A stretch of DNA of 64,000 bases from an uncultured cyanobacterium (GTDB lineage Bacteria; Cyanobacteriota; Cyanobacteriia; PCC-9006; JAAUQQ01). The notes under the pieces are model-generated. The model worked only from the letters and a program-made list of their open reading frames with translations, searched no databases and was not told where the DNA came from. The number at the start of each line of letters is the position of its first letter. Position 1 is the first letter of the stretch. The DNA is taken from contig OY970368.1 of assembly GCA_963718615.1 (NCBI GenBank), forward strand, positions 2,048,001-2,112,000, read 5' to 3'. The position numbers and the translations under genes were made by a program. Positions 1 through 10,054 of the stretch are shown in pieces.

Positions 1-2
1 AC

Positions 3-1469
3 ATTGATAGTGATGGCAACCTAGACGTTGTAGCTAGCTCACGAAAGAATCAAATTGTTTGGTTTCAGCAAGATAATAGCGGAAATTTTACTGAAAGGAT
101 TGTAACAAAGACTTTCAACAACACGAATAGTGTTTTTTCTCTTTCTTCTTCAGACATTGACAACGATGGTGATCTTGACATTATTTCAGCTTCAGCCTAT
201 TCGTATGCAGGTAATTTGACTTGGTATGAGAATGATGGCGCTGGAAACTTTACAGAACACACAATTTTTGCTCCTGAAACAAGGCCTTCTGACTTACAGC
301 CTTGGCAAGTGTCTTCGATTGATATCGACTCCGATAATGATATCGACATACTAGCTGTATTCAAAGGACGGATGGGAGGAGCAAAGATTTCTTGGTATGA
401 AAATGATGGTAATGCTAACTTCGAGGAACATATTATCGTTGAGAATCTTACTAATAACGGAGGACGATCTGAATCAGCGTTTCTTGTTGACTTAGATGCC
501 GATGGTGACATCGATTTCATTTCACAGTCTCTAACAGGTCTCGGTATTTCATGGTATGAGAATGATGGTGAAGAAAACTTCACCGAGAATTTAGTGGATG
601 ACAATCAGCTTTATTATGTCGAGCCAAAATCAATTGATGTTGTGGACTTTGATAGAGATGGAGACCTAGATATCCTAGTGTCATCTCAAGTGAATCCTGC
701 CAGAACGCTTCTATTTGAAAATGATGGCAATAATAACTTTCAAAAGCATCTCGTAGCCATTAACGAAAAGGCTATATTTTCTTCGTCTTTCTCCGATATC
801 GATGGTGATGGCGACATTGATATTGTCTCAGCATCGCGTGATGACAATAAGATTGCTTTGCTGGTTAACCTTGAATGCTTCCTCACCGGCACTCTCGTCA
901 CCACCACCCAAGGCCCACGCCCCGTCGAAACCCTCCAAATCGGCGACCTCATCCAAACCGCCGACGGCAAAACCCAACCGATCAAATGGATCGGCACCCA
1001 AACCTTCGACGCCGCCAAACACCCCGCCCACCCCTTCCGCACCTACCCCATCCGCATCCAAGCCGGAGCCCTCGGCCACAACCTCCCCAGCCGCCCCCTC
1101 TATGTCTCCCCCGACCACGCCCTCCTGATCGACGGCCTCCTGATCAACGCCGGAGCAATCACCAACGGCACCACCATCACCCAGATCCCCATGGAGCAAT
1201 TCACCTACTACCACATCGAACTCGAACACCACGCCCTCCTCCTCGCCGAAGGCACCCCCGCCGAAAGCTACCTGCCCCAAAACCAAGCCCGCGACAGCTT
1301 CGACAACGGCGCAGAATACGACCAGTTCTACCCCAACCACAACATCCTTTCGCTGTTGCCCATGCACTACCCCCGCGTTAGCAGCAAACGCCAACTGCCC
1401 CGCTTCGTCGCCAAACGGCTCCAGAAAATTTCAGAAATTCTCAGCAGCGACGGTATCCTTACCGCCTAG
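3..1469 (+). CDS. FG-GAP/VCBS-repeat protein with C-terminal Hint (Hint_2/BIL-like) domain; 5' end lies outside the window
   Basis: Frame is open from position 3 (IDSDGNLDVV...). Repeated DxDxDGDxDI...WYENDG motifs. Hint starts CFLTGTLV at 876 and ends YYHIELEHHALLLAEGTPAESY. Confidence 0.85.
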   Translation: MDSDGNLDVVASSRKNQIVWFQQDNSGNFTERIVTKTFNNTNSVFSLSSSDIDNDGDLDIISASAYSYAGNLTWYENDGAGNFTEHTIFAPETRPSDLQPWQVSSIDIDSDNDIDILAVFKGRMGGAKISWYENDGNANFEEHIIVENLTNNGGRSESAFLVDLDADGDIDFISQSLTGLGISWYENDGEENFTENLVDDNQLYYVEPKSIDVVDFDRDGDLDILVSSQVNPARTLLFENDGNNNFQKHLVAINEKAIFSSSFSDIDGDGDIDIVSASRDDNKIALLVNLECFLTGTLVTTTQGPRPVETLQIGDLIQTADGKTQPIKWIGTQTFDAAKHPAHPFRTYPIRIQAGALGHNLPSRPLYVSPDHALLIDGLLINAGAITNGTTITQIPMEQFTYYHIELEHHALLLAEGTPAESYLPQNQARDSFDNGAEYDQFYPNHNILSLLPMHYPRVSSKRQLPRFVAKRLQKISEILSSDGILTA

Positions 1470-1492
1470 AGAAGCACTAGAGAAGCATGAAT

Positions 1493-2062
1493 CTAACGTT
1501 GCACTTGTAGGCAAGCAAAAAGCTGCCCCACAGTCAAATCTACACCCATCGCAAAGTCAGGAACGGGTAACCGGTCATCGGCGGCACTGAAATGAATCGG
1601 TTGTTGATCTTTTGGATAAGTGGTCACTGATCGCTCAGCCGGATCGACGAGCCACCCCATCTTGCAGCCGTTGCGTAGGCAGTGAAGAATATTGTCGATA
1701 ACCCTGGTGGTGCTTTGATTCGGGGAAAGAATCTCGATGGTCCAATCCGGAGCGATTGAGAACGTATTCGCGATCTCCCCCTGGTCATCGGTTGGAATTC
1801 GCTCCTGACAAAAGATCGCCACATCCGGGACGATTGAGCGGCCCCCAAAAGTGCAGCGAAGCTCTGGAAACGCTTCAGCTGTTCCCTCATCTTCTAAAAC
1901 GCGGTTAATTCGCTCAGTGACTTTGCGCTGAAGGCGGCTATGTTTTCCCTTGGGCATTGGCTTTTGGTCAATCTGCCCGTTGATATATTCGCAGCTCGGC
2001 TCAGTCTCAGGGAGTGCCAGGAATTCTTCGAGGGTGAGGGACTTTATCGGGGTTTGAACCAT
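1493..2062 (-). CDS. Uma2 family (PD-(D/E)xK) putative endonuclease
   Basis: LTLEEFL..EYING..PMP..HS; PELRCTF..PDVA; PDWTIEILSP; GWLVDP. Confidence 0.9.
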   Translation of the reverse strand: MVQTPIKSLTLEEFLALPETEPSCEYINGQIDQKPMPKGKHSRLQRKVTERINRVLEDEGTAEAFPELRCTFGGRSIVPDVAIFCQERIPTDDQGEIANTFSIAPDWTIEILSPNQSTTRVIDNILHCLRNGCKMGWLVDPAERSVTTYPKDQQPIHFSAADDRLPVPDFAMGVDLTVGQLFACLQVQR

Positions 2063-2143
2063 AGATTAGCGATCGTCGTCGTAGCTCTAGTGTACCGTAG
2101 GAAATGACTTGTCCGTAATGCTCTGTTAGGGGGAGATGAGGTC

Positions 2144-2800
2144 TTGCAACTAGACGGTGAAATGGCCTATGAGGGCTTGCGCGATCGCATCCTCCCCGGT
2201 GATGTCATTGCCTTTTCAGGTACAGGGTTTCCGTCAGAAACGGTGAAGCTGGCAACTCGATCTGTGGTTTCCCACGTTGGGATTATTGTGCGGGTGGATC
2301 GGGCGGCGGAGGGCACCTTTCCGATCGTGATGGAAGCCAGCCCCATTGAAGGGTTTTCGGGGGTGGGGATACGGGATTTGGGCGATCGCATCCTCCATCA
2401 TCCCGGCAATATTTGGTGGCTCCCTCTAGACCTCGAACAACGTCGTCGCCTGGATCAAGCCGCGTTGGTTAAATTTTTGTGGGAGCAGGATGGCAAACCC
2501 TACGACACCGTCCAAGCCATCAACTCTGCCCTCGATTTTCGCTGCGAGGTTTCGGGGCTTGCCCAGCTCACAGCCAATGAAGAGAACTTTGATCAATTAT
2601 TCTGCTCCGAGCTCGTGATCGGAGGGCTTAAAGCTGGGGGGCTGTTGGCAGGGGTAAATGCCTCCGAACTGACGCCAGCGGATCTCTGTCAGTTGGCGAT
2701 CTATGCCCCTCAATATTACGGCTTAAAAATCATAGATACCCATTTAGAAATTGCATCCTATAACAGCGTCCCGATCTCCCAGGCAGAACAATTTCACTAG
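2144..2800 (+). CDS. Permuted papain-like NlpC/P60 (YiiX/YebB-like) hydrolase
   Basis: PGDVIAF, SHVGII (His before Cys), GKPYD, FCSELV, TPADL. Confidence 0.7.
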   Translation: MQLDGEMAYEGLRDRILPGDVIAFSGTGFPSETVKLATRSVVSHVGIIVRVDRAAEGTFPIVMEASPIEGFSGVGIRDLGDRILHHPGNIWWLPLDLEQRRRLDQAALVKFLWEQDGKPYDTVQAINSALDFRCEVSGLAQLTANEENFDQLFCSELVIGGLKAGGLLAGVNASELTPADLCQLAIYAPQYYGLKIIDTHLEIASYNSVPISQAEQFH

Positions 2801-2832
2801 ATTCTTGATAGCTCGATCTTTTCGCAACAAGA

Positions 2833-2856
2833 AGGGACATGGCATGCCATGTCCCT
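2833..2856. repeat. 24-bp perfect palindrome (REP-like; possible bidirectional terminator) between convergent genes
   Basis: AGGGACATGGCATGCCATGTCCCT is its own reverse complement. Confidence 0.75.
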
Positions 2857-2879
2857 CAGACCCCTGAAGCATTCACCGA

Positions 2880-3818
2880 TCAGCCTTCTACATTGATTTT
2901 GGTGACCAGCTCTAGCTTGACCGTTTCTGCCAGCTCGTTGGCCACTTGGCAAGTGCCCGCATTCGCATGGCCACCGCCACCATAGGACAACATCATTTCA
3001 CCGATATTGAGCTTTGAAGTGCGGTTGAGAATGGATTTGCCAACGGCAAAAACAGTGTTTTGCTGATTGAGTCCCCAAAGAATATGAGCCGAAATATTGC
3101 AGTTAGGGAAGAGGGCGTAGATCATAAAGCGATTGCCCGCATAGATTTTCTCTTCATAGCGCAGATCCAGGACGACAAAATTGTCATACACCGTTGCGCA
3201 GCGCTCAATTTGTTCCTTAAATAGCTCCTGTTGGACAAAGTACAAATCGGTTCGTTCTTGAACATCAGGCAGTTCTAGAATCTCTTCGATGGACATGGAT
3301 TTGCAGCAATCGATCAGCTCCATCATCAGCTGATAGTTGGAAATCCGAAATTCTTTAAAACGACCCAATCCCGTCCGAGCATCCATCAAGAAATTCAGCA
3401 ACACCCACCCTTGGGGATTGAGAATTTCATCTAAGCTAAACTGAGCTGAATCCGCCTGATCGACCGCTGCCATCATCTCTTGAGAGATATTAGGAAACGC
3501 CGCTGCTCCGCCGAAGTATTCATAAACGACTCGGGCTGCCGAGGGAGCATCGGGCTGAATAATATGGTGTTCTATCTCCGCAGGATTCCGCAGGATTTCG
3601 CTGGCATGATGGTCAAAGGCGAGATAAACGCCAGGTACATAGGGGAGATTTGTCGTGATATCGCGATCGGTAATCTCGACCTTGCCATCCTGCATATCCT
3701 TGGGATGGACAAATTTAATCTCGTCGATTAGCTCACGCTCTTTCAACAGCACCGCACAAACCAGTCCGTCGAAATCGCTCCGGGTCACCAATCGATACTT
3801 GTCTCGGGTTAGCAGCAT
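2880..3818 (-). CDS. DHH-family phosphoesterase (exopolyphosphatase-like / nanoRNase-like)
   Basis: TRSDFDG, FDHH and C-terminal GGGHANAG motifs. Confidence 0.85.
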   Translation of the reverse strand: MLLTRDKYRLVTRSDFDGLVCAVLLKERELIDEIKFVHPKDMQDGKVEITDRDITTNLPYVPGVYLAFDHHASEILRNPAEIEHHIIQPDAPSAARVVYEYFGGAAAFPNISQEMMAAVDQADSAQFSLDEILNPQGWVLLNFLMDARTGLGRFKEFRISNYQLMMELIDCCKSMSIEEILELPDVQERTDLYFVQQELFKEQIERCATVYDNFVVLDLRYEEKIYAGNRFMIYALFPNCNISAHILWGLNQQNTVFAVGKSILNRTSKLNIGEMMLSYGGGGHANAGTCQVANELAETVKLELVTKINVEG

Positions 3819-3854
3819 CGCGTTCAGAGAGATTAAAAGTCATATATACTGTGC

Positions 3855-5720
3855 CTAGTTTTCCCGTCTGCGATCGCGAAACAACAACCCTTCCCCTCCC
3901 GCCAACACCACCCGCTGCCATTTGCGTACCGAATTAATCCGATAGAGAGCTTGTGCCCGCTGAAGTTGCTCGGGAGTGATGCGCGCCTCGACTAGTTTTC
4001 CCTGAGCCAACAGCCAATTCCGGAAGGTTCCGGCTAACAAACCCGCTACCACTGGGGGCGTCAGCCAGGTGTCATCCAGCTCGACCACCAGATTACCCAA
4101 GCAAAATTCAGTGACCTCTCCTTGATCATTCCACAGCAATACATCGTCGTAGGCCGAATGGGCACTGAGGGCTTGGTCATACCACTGGCGATGGGTCGTT
4201 TTGTGATAGAGAAAGGGATCGTTGCGGGGGATGGGATGGGTAGCCAATGTGGCGGTGAGTGGTGGTGAGGTGCCGGTGTTAGTGCCGATGTTAGTGCCGA
4301 TATTAGTGCCGGTATTTTCCAGGGGCTTGGCTTCTAGCCGACAGTCGCCACTGCGCCCGAGCAATAGCCGCACGCGCTGGGGGGCCTTCCAGGCATGAGC
4401 TGCTGTCAAAAGTTGCGCTTGGACTCGGTCAAGGTTCTGCTCAAAGTCAAAATAGGCTGCCGATCGCCCCAATCGCTGGAGGTGTTCTTCCCAGAGAAAA
4501 TAGCCCGATTCCGGTTCCCAAAGCAGGGTTTCCAAGAGTTCAAAGGGTGGTGGGGCATGGGTTAAAATTGCCGTTTTTAAGCAGCATTCCTCGTACTCTG
4601 CTTGGCTGTCGGAGTCCCACACAATGCCACTACCCACACCATATTCTGCCGTGCCAGTTGAGCGATCAACTAATATTGTCCGAATGGCAACGTTGAACTG
4701 AGCCTGATGCTGCGGTCCCCAATAGCCGAGCGCCCCTGTATAGATTTTTCGGGGAGAATCTTCCACGGCTTGAATAATCTCCATCGTTCGGGGTTTAGGC
4801 GCACCGGTAATTGAAGCACAGGGAAACAGCGCCGCCAAAATTTCGGCCATGGTAGCTGAACTCTCCGCTGTGACCGTTGAGGTCATTTGCCACAGCGTCG
4901 GATATTGCTCTAGGTCAAATAATTGGGGAACTTGCACCGACCCCAACCGGGCAATCCGCCCCAGATCATTGCGCAGCATATCGACGATCATCACGTTTTC
5001 GGCTCGATTTTTAGCCGATGCCTGGAGCTGCTGAGCCTGGGCGCGATCGCCCGCCCAATCCAATCCTCGCGCCATGGTTCCCTTCATCGGTCGTGTCGTC
5101 AACAGCGGCCCCGTCTGGGTAAAAAACAGCTCCGGCGACGCCGAACAAATGGCATAGTTGCCCAGATCGAGATAGGCTCCGTAATAACCCGGTTGAGCTT
5201 GCATCAAATCTTGAAACAGCCCCCAGGTGCTGCCTTCAAAGGTTGTCCGTAGCCGGAATGTATAATTGACCTGAAACGTATCTCCCTGGGCAATGGATTG
5301 TTTGATTGCGGCGATCGCCCCCTCAAACCCCGCCCGATCCACCGAAGCCAACCATTTCCCGAGTTGATAATTGGCCTGATCGGCAGTCTGATCAGCGGTC
5401 TGATCAGCGGTCTGATCAACAATACCTTGCTCTCTCGTCAGAGCCTCCTTCGCTAACCGTTGGGGTTCTCGATACAATCCAAACCACAACAGCGGAAACC
5501 CAGCGGGATCGGTTTGGACCTGCAACGCCGAATCAAAGGCAGGCGCGGCCTCATAGCTCAAAAAACCAGCGGCGTAAAGTCCTTGGTAGGTGACCTGTTG
5601 ATCGAGGTGGGCGATCGCATCCAGAATTTCTTCCCGTCGAAAGACCTCAACCACCTCAACTGGGTTTTGAAAGGAAAGCCATTGCTGACTTTCTGGCTGA
5701 TGCAGCAAAACGGATGACAT
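3855..5720 (-). CDS. pabB: Aminodeoxychorismate synthase component I fused to a class IV aminotransferase-like ADC lyase (PabB-PabC)
   Basis: SASPELF, RPMKGT, KNRAENVMIVDMLRNDLG, FPCASITGAPK, then ELLETL..HLQRL..YHKTT..GLLAGTFR. Confidence 0.9.
   Translation of the reverse strand: MSSVLLHQPESQQWLSFQNPVEVVEVFRREEILDAIAHLDQQVTYQGLYAAGFLSYEAAPAFDSALQVQTDPAGFPLLWFGLYREPQRLAKEALTREQGIVDQTADQTADQTADQANYQLGKWLASVDRAGFEGAIAAIKQSIAQGDTFQVNYTFRLRTTFEGSTWGLFQDLMQAQPGYYGAYLDLGNYAICSASPELFFTQTGPLLTTRPMKGTMARGLDWAGDRAQAQQLQASAKNRAENVMIVDMLRNDLGRIARLGSVQVPQLFDLEQYPTLWQMTSTVTAESSATMAEILAALFPCASITGAPKPRTMEIIQAVEDSPRKIYTGALGYWGPQHQAQFNVAIRTILVDRSTGTAEYGVGSGIVWDSDSQAEYEECCLKTAILTHAPPPFELLETLLWEPESGYFLWEEHLQRLGRSAAYFDFEQNLDRVQAQLLTAAHAWKAPQRVRLLLGRSGDCRLEAKPLENTGTNIGTNIGTNTGTSPPLTATLATHPIPRNDPFLYHKTTHRQWYDQALSAHSAYDDVLLWNDQGEVTEFCLGNLVVELDDTWLTPPVVAGLLAGTFRNWLLAQGKLVEARITPEQLQRAQALYRINSVRKWQRVVLAGGEGLLFRDRRREN
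4270..4316. repeat. In-frame 12-bp tandem repeat (NTGT/NIGT, about 4 copies) within pabB
   Basis: GTGCCG(G/A)T(G/A)TTA units. Confidence 0.85.
5376..5417. repeat. In-frame 12-bp tandem repeat (DQTA, about 3.5 copies) within pabB
   Basis: CTGATCRGCRGT units. Confidence 0.85.
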
Positions 5721-5826
5721 GGTGCAAGGCTCAGAGAGGGTTTTTCTATGAATAGGGTTTTTCTGTGAAACTTAGGGTTTGCCTGTAAATCTACTGGGCG
5801 GGCTGCCAATGGCTTTAGCGTTATTC

Positions 5827-5877
5827 AAAGCTTGGATAAAAGCTTGGATAAAAGCTTCGATAAAAGCTTGGATAAAA
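5827..5877. repeat. Intergenic 12-bp tandem repeat x4
   Basis: AAAGCTTGGATA x4, one variant unit. Confidence 0.9.
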
Positions 5878-5980
5878 TTGCGAATTTTAGGGGAACGCAT
5901 GGGTAGTTTCAGATTAGGTAATCAGAGCTTTCTGGTTTTGGCAATTCCTTCTCTATCTAGGTCAATCAGGGCGAAGAATC

Positions 5981-6190
5981 ATGAGACAACTTTGGTTGGA
6001 TTTCCTCAAAACTCTAGGATTTGCCTATTGGGTCACTGTTGCAGATGGCACCAATAAGACCTATTGTTTTGGTCCCTTTGGCAGCGCAGGTGCTGCGATC
6101 GCAGCCCAAGACGACTGCTGCCGTACCCTTCTCCAAAATCAAACAGGGCCGGTCTACATTAAGTCGGTCAGAATTTCCACAGAACGCTAA
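5981..6190 (+). CDS. Small cyanobacterial protein, DUF1816-like
   Basis: LG.AYWV.V......TYCFGPF.S...A pattern. Confidence 0.6.
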   Translation: MRQLWLDFLKTLGFAYWVTVADGTNKTYCFGPFGSAGAAIAAQDDCCRTLLQNQTGPVYIKSVRISTER

Positions 6191-6249
6191 AGCCTGGAAA
6201 GGGAAATTGATGCATCTCTTGCTTTGCATCCATGCAGCTCAATCGCCTT

Positions 6250-6609
6250 TTAGGTGGCTAACAGCTTGGCCTTGAGCTCGGCTTCCGAAGCCCGAAAGCC
6301 CACTAAAATCGCTTGGCCATCCCGTTCAAAGAGGGGACGCTTGAGCAACATGGCATCTTGGGCGAAGGCCTCGATCCATTGCTGATCGTCCCAATCTTTC
6401 TTCTCTTCATCCAGTGCCCGATAGGATTGCCCGGAAGTATTGCGCATCGGCTTAGCCGTTAGGGCCTGCACCCAGGTTTGTACTTGCTCAAGGCTGGGGG
6501 GGTGCTCTTTGGTATTGACAAATTCGTAAGGAATTTCGTGATTATCGAGCCACTGCAAAGCCTTTTTACAAGTGCCGCAGCTGGGAATGCCATAGATTTT
6601 AAGCACCAT
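6250..6609 (-). CDS. ArsC/Spx/MgsR family protein
   Basis: YGIPSCGTCKKA..., NTSGQSYR, MLLKRP. Confidence 0.9.
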   Translation of the reverse strand: MVLKIYGIPSCGTCKKALQWLDNHEIPYEFVNTKEHPPSLEQVQTWVQALTAKPMRNTSGQSYRALDEEKKDWDDQQWIEAFAQDAMLLKRPLFERDGQAILVGFRASEAELKAKLLAT

Positions 6610-6613
6610 GATT

Positions 6614-7144
6614 TCACTTCATGTTCTCTGACGCTTGATTGACCTGGGCGATCGCCCCTTGATCAATCTGAATCTCTAAATTCTGATCATCGCGGGAAAG
6701 CAGCGATCGTCTTACCTGTCCCACATACACGGGGATCGTTACCCCCGCTTGATGCAGCAACGCCCGTGCCCGCACCGTCAGTTTTGCATCGCCATTGCGA
6801 CCTAATCGTCCAGGGGAATACAGATCGTTCGCCGCTTGCTGGAGGGTTGCCTCTAGGCTGTCTGCATGGACGGTGTCCGGCGTTAGGACAATGACCACTT
6901 CCGCTCCGCCATTGTCATAGACCACGGTGAACCGCTCTGCCCCTTCAACGGCCACCCGCTGATACAAACTGAGATTGAGGGCTAAGACTCCCGCTGTGAG
7001 TAGCCCCATAAAGCTGGTTACACCCACCAAGCGAAAACGCAGCCCCCAGCCAAAAATAAAGCCAAGGGTCGTCAATGCACCGCTGACCAATGTGATCAGC
7101 CCTAGCCCTTTGGCAAGGGTAAGGAAGTCAAGGGTTTCTGGCAT
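6614..7144 (-). CDS. ycf51: Ycf51 family protein
   Basis: Two N-terminal TM helices, RFRLVGVTSF, VYDNG, ATLQQAANDLYSPGR. Confidence 0.85.
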   Translation of the reverse strand: MPETLDFLTLAKGLGLITLVSGALTTLGFIFGWGLRFRLVGVTSFMGLLTAGVLALNLSLYQRVAVEGAERFTVVYDNGGAEVVIVLTPDTVHADSLEATLQQAANDLYSPGRLGRNGDAKLTVRARALLHQAGVTIPVYVGQVRRSLLSRDDQNLEIQIDQGAIAQVNQASENMK

Positions 7145-7216
7145 GGGTACTAGAAAGGGATAGAACTAAGATGTAACACTTTGTTGAGCGATCGGTTTCC
7201 ATCCTATCGTTTTATT

Positions 7217-7272
7217 GCTGTTGTTTTTGGGCTGTTGTTTTTGGGCTCTTGTTTTTAGGCTCTTGTTTTCTG
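7217..7272. repeat. Intergenic 14-bp tandem repeat x4
   Basis: GCT(G/C)TTGTTTTTGG-like units. Confidence 0.85.
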
Positions 7273-7292
7273 AGACGTGAGGAGATCAGCCG

Positions 7293-7685
7293 TTGAAATT
7301 TTCTGGATTGAAGTTTTCTGGGTCAAGGGCGATCGCGATCGCCTGGACACTACTCATTCTCTTGCTCTGCTCGATTCCCCAGCGGGCCTTACCGGATGCC
7401 CCCGATTGGCTGGGGCTAGACAAAATTGTCCATTTCACCCTGTTCGCAATTTTGGCACAGCTTTGGCTGCGAGCCGCTGCCAAGGGGGACAATCCCTTGG
7501 TCCTTAACCCAGCCCATCGCTGGCGTCTATGGCTGGCTGGCGTTGGCTATGGGGCCTTTACCGAATTGTATCAAGCCCTGATTAGCTGGGCCTTTGCGGC
7601 TGGGCGCTCTGCCGATGTCGCTGACATGCTCGCGGATGCCTTGGGCTTTACCGTCAGTCTTTTGCTCAAAGGTCGCTGGCGCTAG
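7293..7685 (+). CDS. VanZ-family membrane protein
   Basis: DKIVHF..FAIL, YGAFTELYQ, GRSADVADMLADALG. Confidence 0.8.
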   Translation: MKFSGLKFSGSRAIAIAWTLLILLLCSIPQRALPDAPDWLGLDKIVHFTLFAILAQLWLRAAAKGDNPLVLNPAHRWRLWLAGVGYGAFTELYQALISWAFAAGRSADVADMLADALGFTVSLLLKGRWR

Positions 7686-7901
7686 GGGCGGACTCTCTGA
7701 TTAAATCTTTTGAGATTAAATCTTTTGAGAGCAGGGTTGGGTTGAAGGCTGCTTTTAAAAAGTTGCTTTGTATGTCCAAACTTTAAGTGTTATTGCAAGA
7801 GGCTTAGAGAAGTCTTTAGGACAATGGCATTCCGCCAAAGTTACTTTTACGCTTAGATTACGCTTAGAACAAGACGCTCATCACTCACCAGCGGATTTTG
7901 T

Positions 7902-8204
7902 ATGAAGAATTATCGCCTCACCTGCACGCTCACCTTTGGAGATATCTACGGTCAGATCATTATTTGGCTGATTGTCATTTTCCTGAGTTTGGCCACAGCA
8001 CTGGCGCTGATGGGCGCAGGTAGCCCGATTTATGCCCTCGCAACCGTTGGCTTGATTTTGGTTCTGTCGCTGCCCTTTTTGCTCTTTGCCTTCGTGACCA
8101 CGTTGCTCAATAACATTGTGATTGCGCCTTTTGACCCTGAAGCTCAGCCTGCAGGGAATGATGCCGTTGTTGCGCCCGGTAATCCTGCCGAGGCGATGGG
8201 ATAG
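7902..8204 (+). CDS. Conserved cyanobacterial 2-TM hypothetical protein upstream of sdhA
   Basis: YRLTCTLTFGDIYGQII...PFLLFAFVTTLLN; hydrophobic. Confidence 0.75.
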   Translation: MKNYRLTCTLTFGDIYGQIIIWLIVIFLSLATALALMGAGSPIYALATVGLILVLSLPFLLFAFVTTLLNNIVIAPFDPEAQPAGNDAVVAPGNPAEAMG

Positions 8205-8215
8205 GAAGAACTATC

Positions 8216-10030
8216 GTGATCATTCAGCATGATGTCCTGATCGTGGGGGGCGGCATTGCAGGCTGCCAAGCGGCCCTAGAAATTGCCAAAACTGCGCCCC
8301 ACCTCAGCATCGGCCTTATTGCCAAAACCCATCCCATTCGCTCCCATTCCGTTGCGGCCCAGGGTGGGATCGCGGCTTCGTTGCAAAATGTCGATCCGGA
8401 AGATAGCTGGAAAGCCCATGCCTTTGATACGGTCAAGGGCTCGGATTATTTGGCAGACCAGGATGCGGTGGCAATTTTGGCCCAAGAAGCGCCCCAAGCG
8501 ATCATTGACCTAGAGCATCTGGGGGTGCTGTTTTCACGACTGGCCGACGGTCGTGTGGCCCAGCGAGCCTTTGGCGGTCATTCCCATAACCGCACCTGTT
8601 ACGCCGCTGACAAAACGGGCCATGCCATTTTGCATGAGCTGGTGATGAACCTGATGCGCCACGGCGTCACGGTCTATGACGAGTGGTATGTGATGCGGCT
8701 GATTGTGGACGAAGCCGAGGCGGAAAAAACGGCCCGAGGCGTCGTCATGTTTCGGATTCGGGATGGGCAATTAGCGGTGGTGCAAGCCCGAGCCGTGATG
8801 TTGGCGACCGGGGGCTATGGTCGTGTTTTTAATACGACCTCCAATGACTACGCCTGTACGGGCGATGGTTTGGCGATGGTGGCCCTAGCCGGACTGCCCC
8901 TTCAGGATATGGAATTTGTTCAATTTCATCCCACGGGACTCTATCCTGTGGGGGTTTTGGTCTCTGAAGCCGTGCGGGGTGAAGGAGCCTATTTGATCAA
9001 TCATCAGGGCGATCGCTTTATGGCCCACTATGCCCCCAGCCGAATGGAGTTGGCCCCTCGGGATATTACGTCACGGGCGATCGCTCTAGAAGTCCGGGCT
9101 GGTCGGGGCATTCACCCCAATGGCAGTGGCGGGGGTCCCTTTGTCTATTTGGATCTGCGGCATATGGGGCGTGAGAAAATCATGAGCCGGGTGCCCTTTT
9201 GCTGGGAAGAGGCCCATCGGCTCCTGGGCGTAGATGCCGTAGAGTCGCCGATCCCCGTCCGACCCACGGCCCATTACTGCATGGGCGGTATCCCCACAAC
9301 GGTGGATGGAGAAGTGATCTATAACCCTAGCAGCCAAACCGTTGCAGGCCTGTTTTCTGCGGGAGAAACGGCCTGTGTTTCAGTGCATGGAGCCAATCGC
9401 CTGGGCAGCAATTCCCTGCTGGAATGTGTGGTCTATGGGCGGCGAACGGGGGGGGCGATCGCCCGCTTTCTCCAAAGCCCCAAGGCCCCAGATCCTAACG
9501 CCTCAGCCCTCGATCCAACTCCTTACCTCCAAGATGCCCGAGCTCTGCTCCAAGGGTTACTCGACCAACCCGGCCAATACCGTCTGGGCGAAGTGCGTCA
9601 GCAATTCCAAGACTGCATGAGCGAACACTGTGGCGTGTTCCGCACCGCAGAAACCATGCAGGCCGGTCTTGTCCAGTTGCAAAGGCTCAAGCAAAAAGCT
9701 GCCCAGATTTATCTCGACGACAAAAGCAAGCTCTGGAATACAGAACTGACCGAAGCCCTCGAACTGAGAAATCTTTTAGTCGTGGGTGAAATCATCCTCG
9801 CCTCTGCCCTCCAGCGCCAGGAAAGTCGGGGAGCCCACTTTCGAGAAGATTTTCCCCAGCGCGATGACCCCCAATATCTTCATCACAGCCTTGCGGCTCG
9901 GGGAATTGCTCGTTCAGTAGAAGACTCAAAAGACTTGACGATCGAGGCTTGGGGCCTTGCTACGGCGGTTAAGGTACAGCCACGCCCGGTGGCCCTGGGT
10001 CTGTTTGAGCCCAAGGAACGCAAATACTAA
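8216..10030 (+). CDS. sdhA: Succinate dehydrogenase/fumarate reductase flavoprotein subunit
   Basis: GGGIAG, RSHSVAAQGG (covalent FAD His), QFHPTG, SEAVRGEG, HYCMGG, VHGANRLGSNSL, ESRGAH. Confidence 0.95.
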   Translation: MIIQHDVLIVGGGIAGCQAALEIAKTAPHLSIGLIAKTHPIRSHSVAAQGGIAASLQNVDPEDSWKAHAFDTVKGSDYLADQDAVAILAQEAPQAIIDLEHLGVLFSRLADGRVAQRAFGGHSHNRTCYAADKTGHAILHELVMNLMRHGVTVYDEWYVMRLIVDEAEAEKTARGVVMFRIRDGQLAVVQARAVMLATGGYGRVFNTTSNDYACTGDGLAMVALAGLPLQDMEFVQFHPTGLYPVGVLVSEAVRGEGAYLINHQGDRFMAHYAPSRMELAPRDITSRAIALEVRAGRGIHPNGSGGGPFVYLDLRHMGREKIMSRVPFCWEEAHRLLGVDAVESPIPVRPTAHYCMGGIPTTVDGEVIYNPSSQTVAGLFSAGETACVSVHGANRLGSNSLLECVVYGRRTGGAIARFLQSPKAPDPNASALDPTPYLQDARALLQGLLDQPGQYRLGEVRQQFQDCMSEHCGVFRTAETMQAGLVQLQRLKQKAAQIYLDDKSKLWNTELTEALELRNLLVVGEIILASALQRQESRGAHFREDFPQRDDPQYLHHSLAARGIARSVEDSKDLTIEAWGLATAVKVQPRPVALGLFEPKERKY

Positions 10031-10054
10031 CGCCTAGGGTTCAAACCCCAGGCG
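10031..10054 (+). terminator. GC-rich hairpin directly after sdhA (REP-like)
   Basis: CGCCTAGGGTT-CA-AACCCCAGGCG, one mismatch in the stem. Confidence 0.55.

Noticed and set aside
740-1394. Several long overlapping ORFs (740-1042, 802-1128, 828-1394, 875-1381)
   Set aside because: Shadow frames caused by the C-rich, stop-poor Hint coding region; low-complexity translations.
3855-5720. PabB-PabC fusion as a novelty
   Set aside because: This bifunctional architecture is already known in many bacteria.
6250-6609. Arsenic-resistance operon built from the ArsC-like, ArsR and Acr3-like genes
   Set aside because: The ArsC/Spx gene is 20 kb away among housekeeping genes, the ArsRs lack the arsenite box, and the carrier lacks the key Cys.
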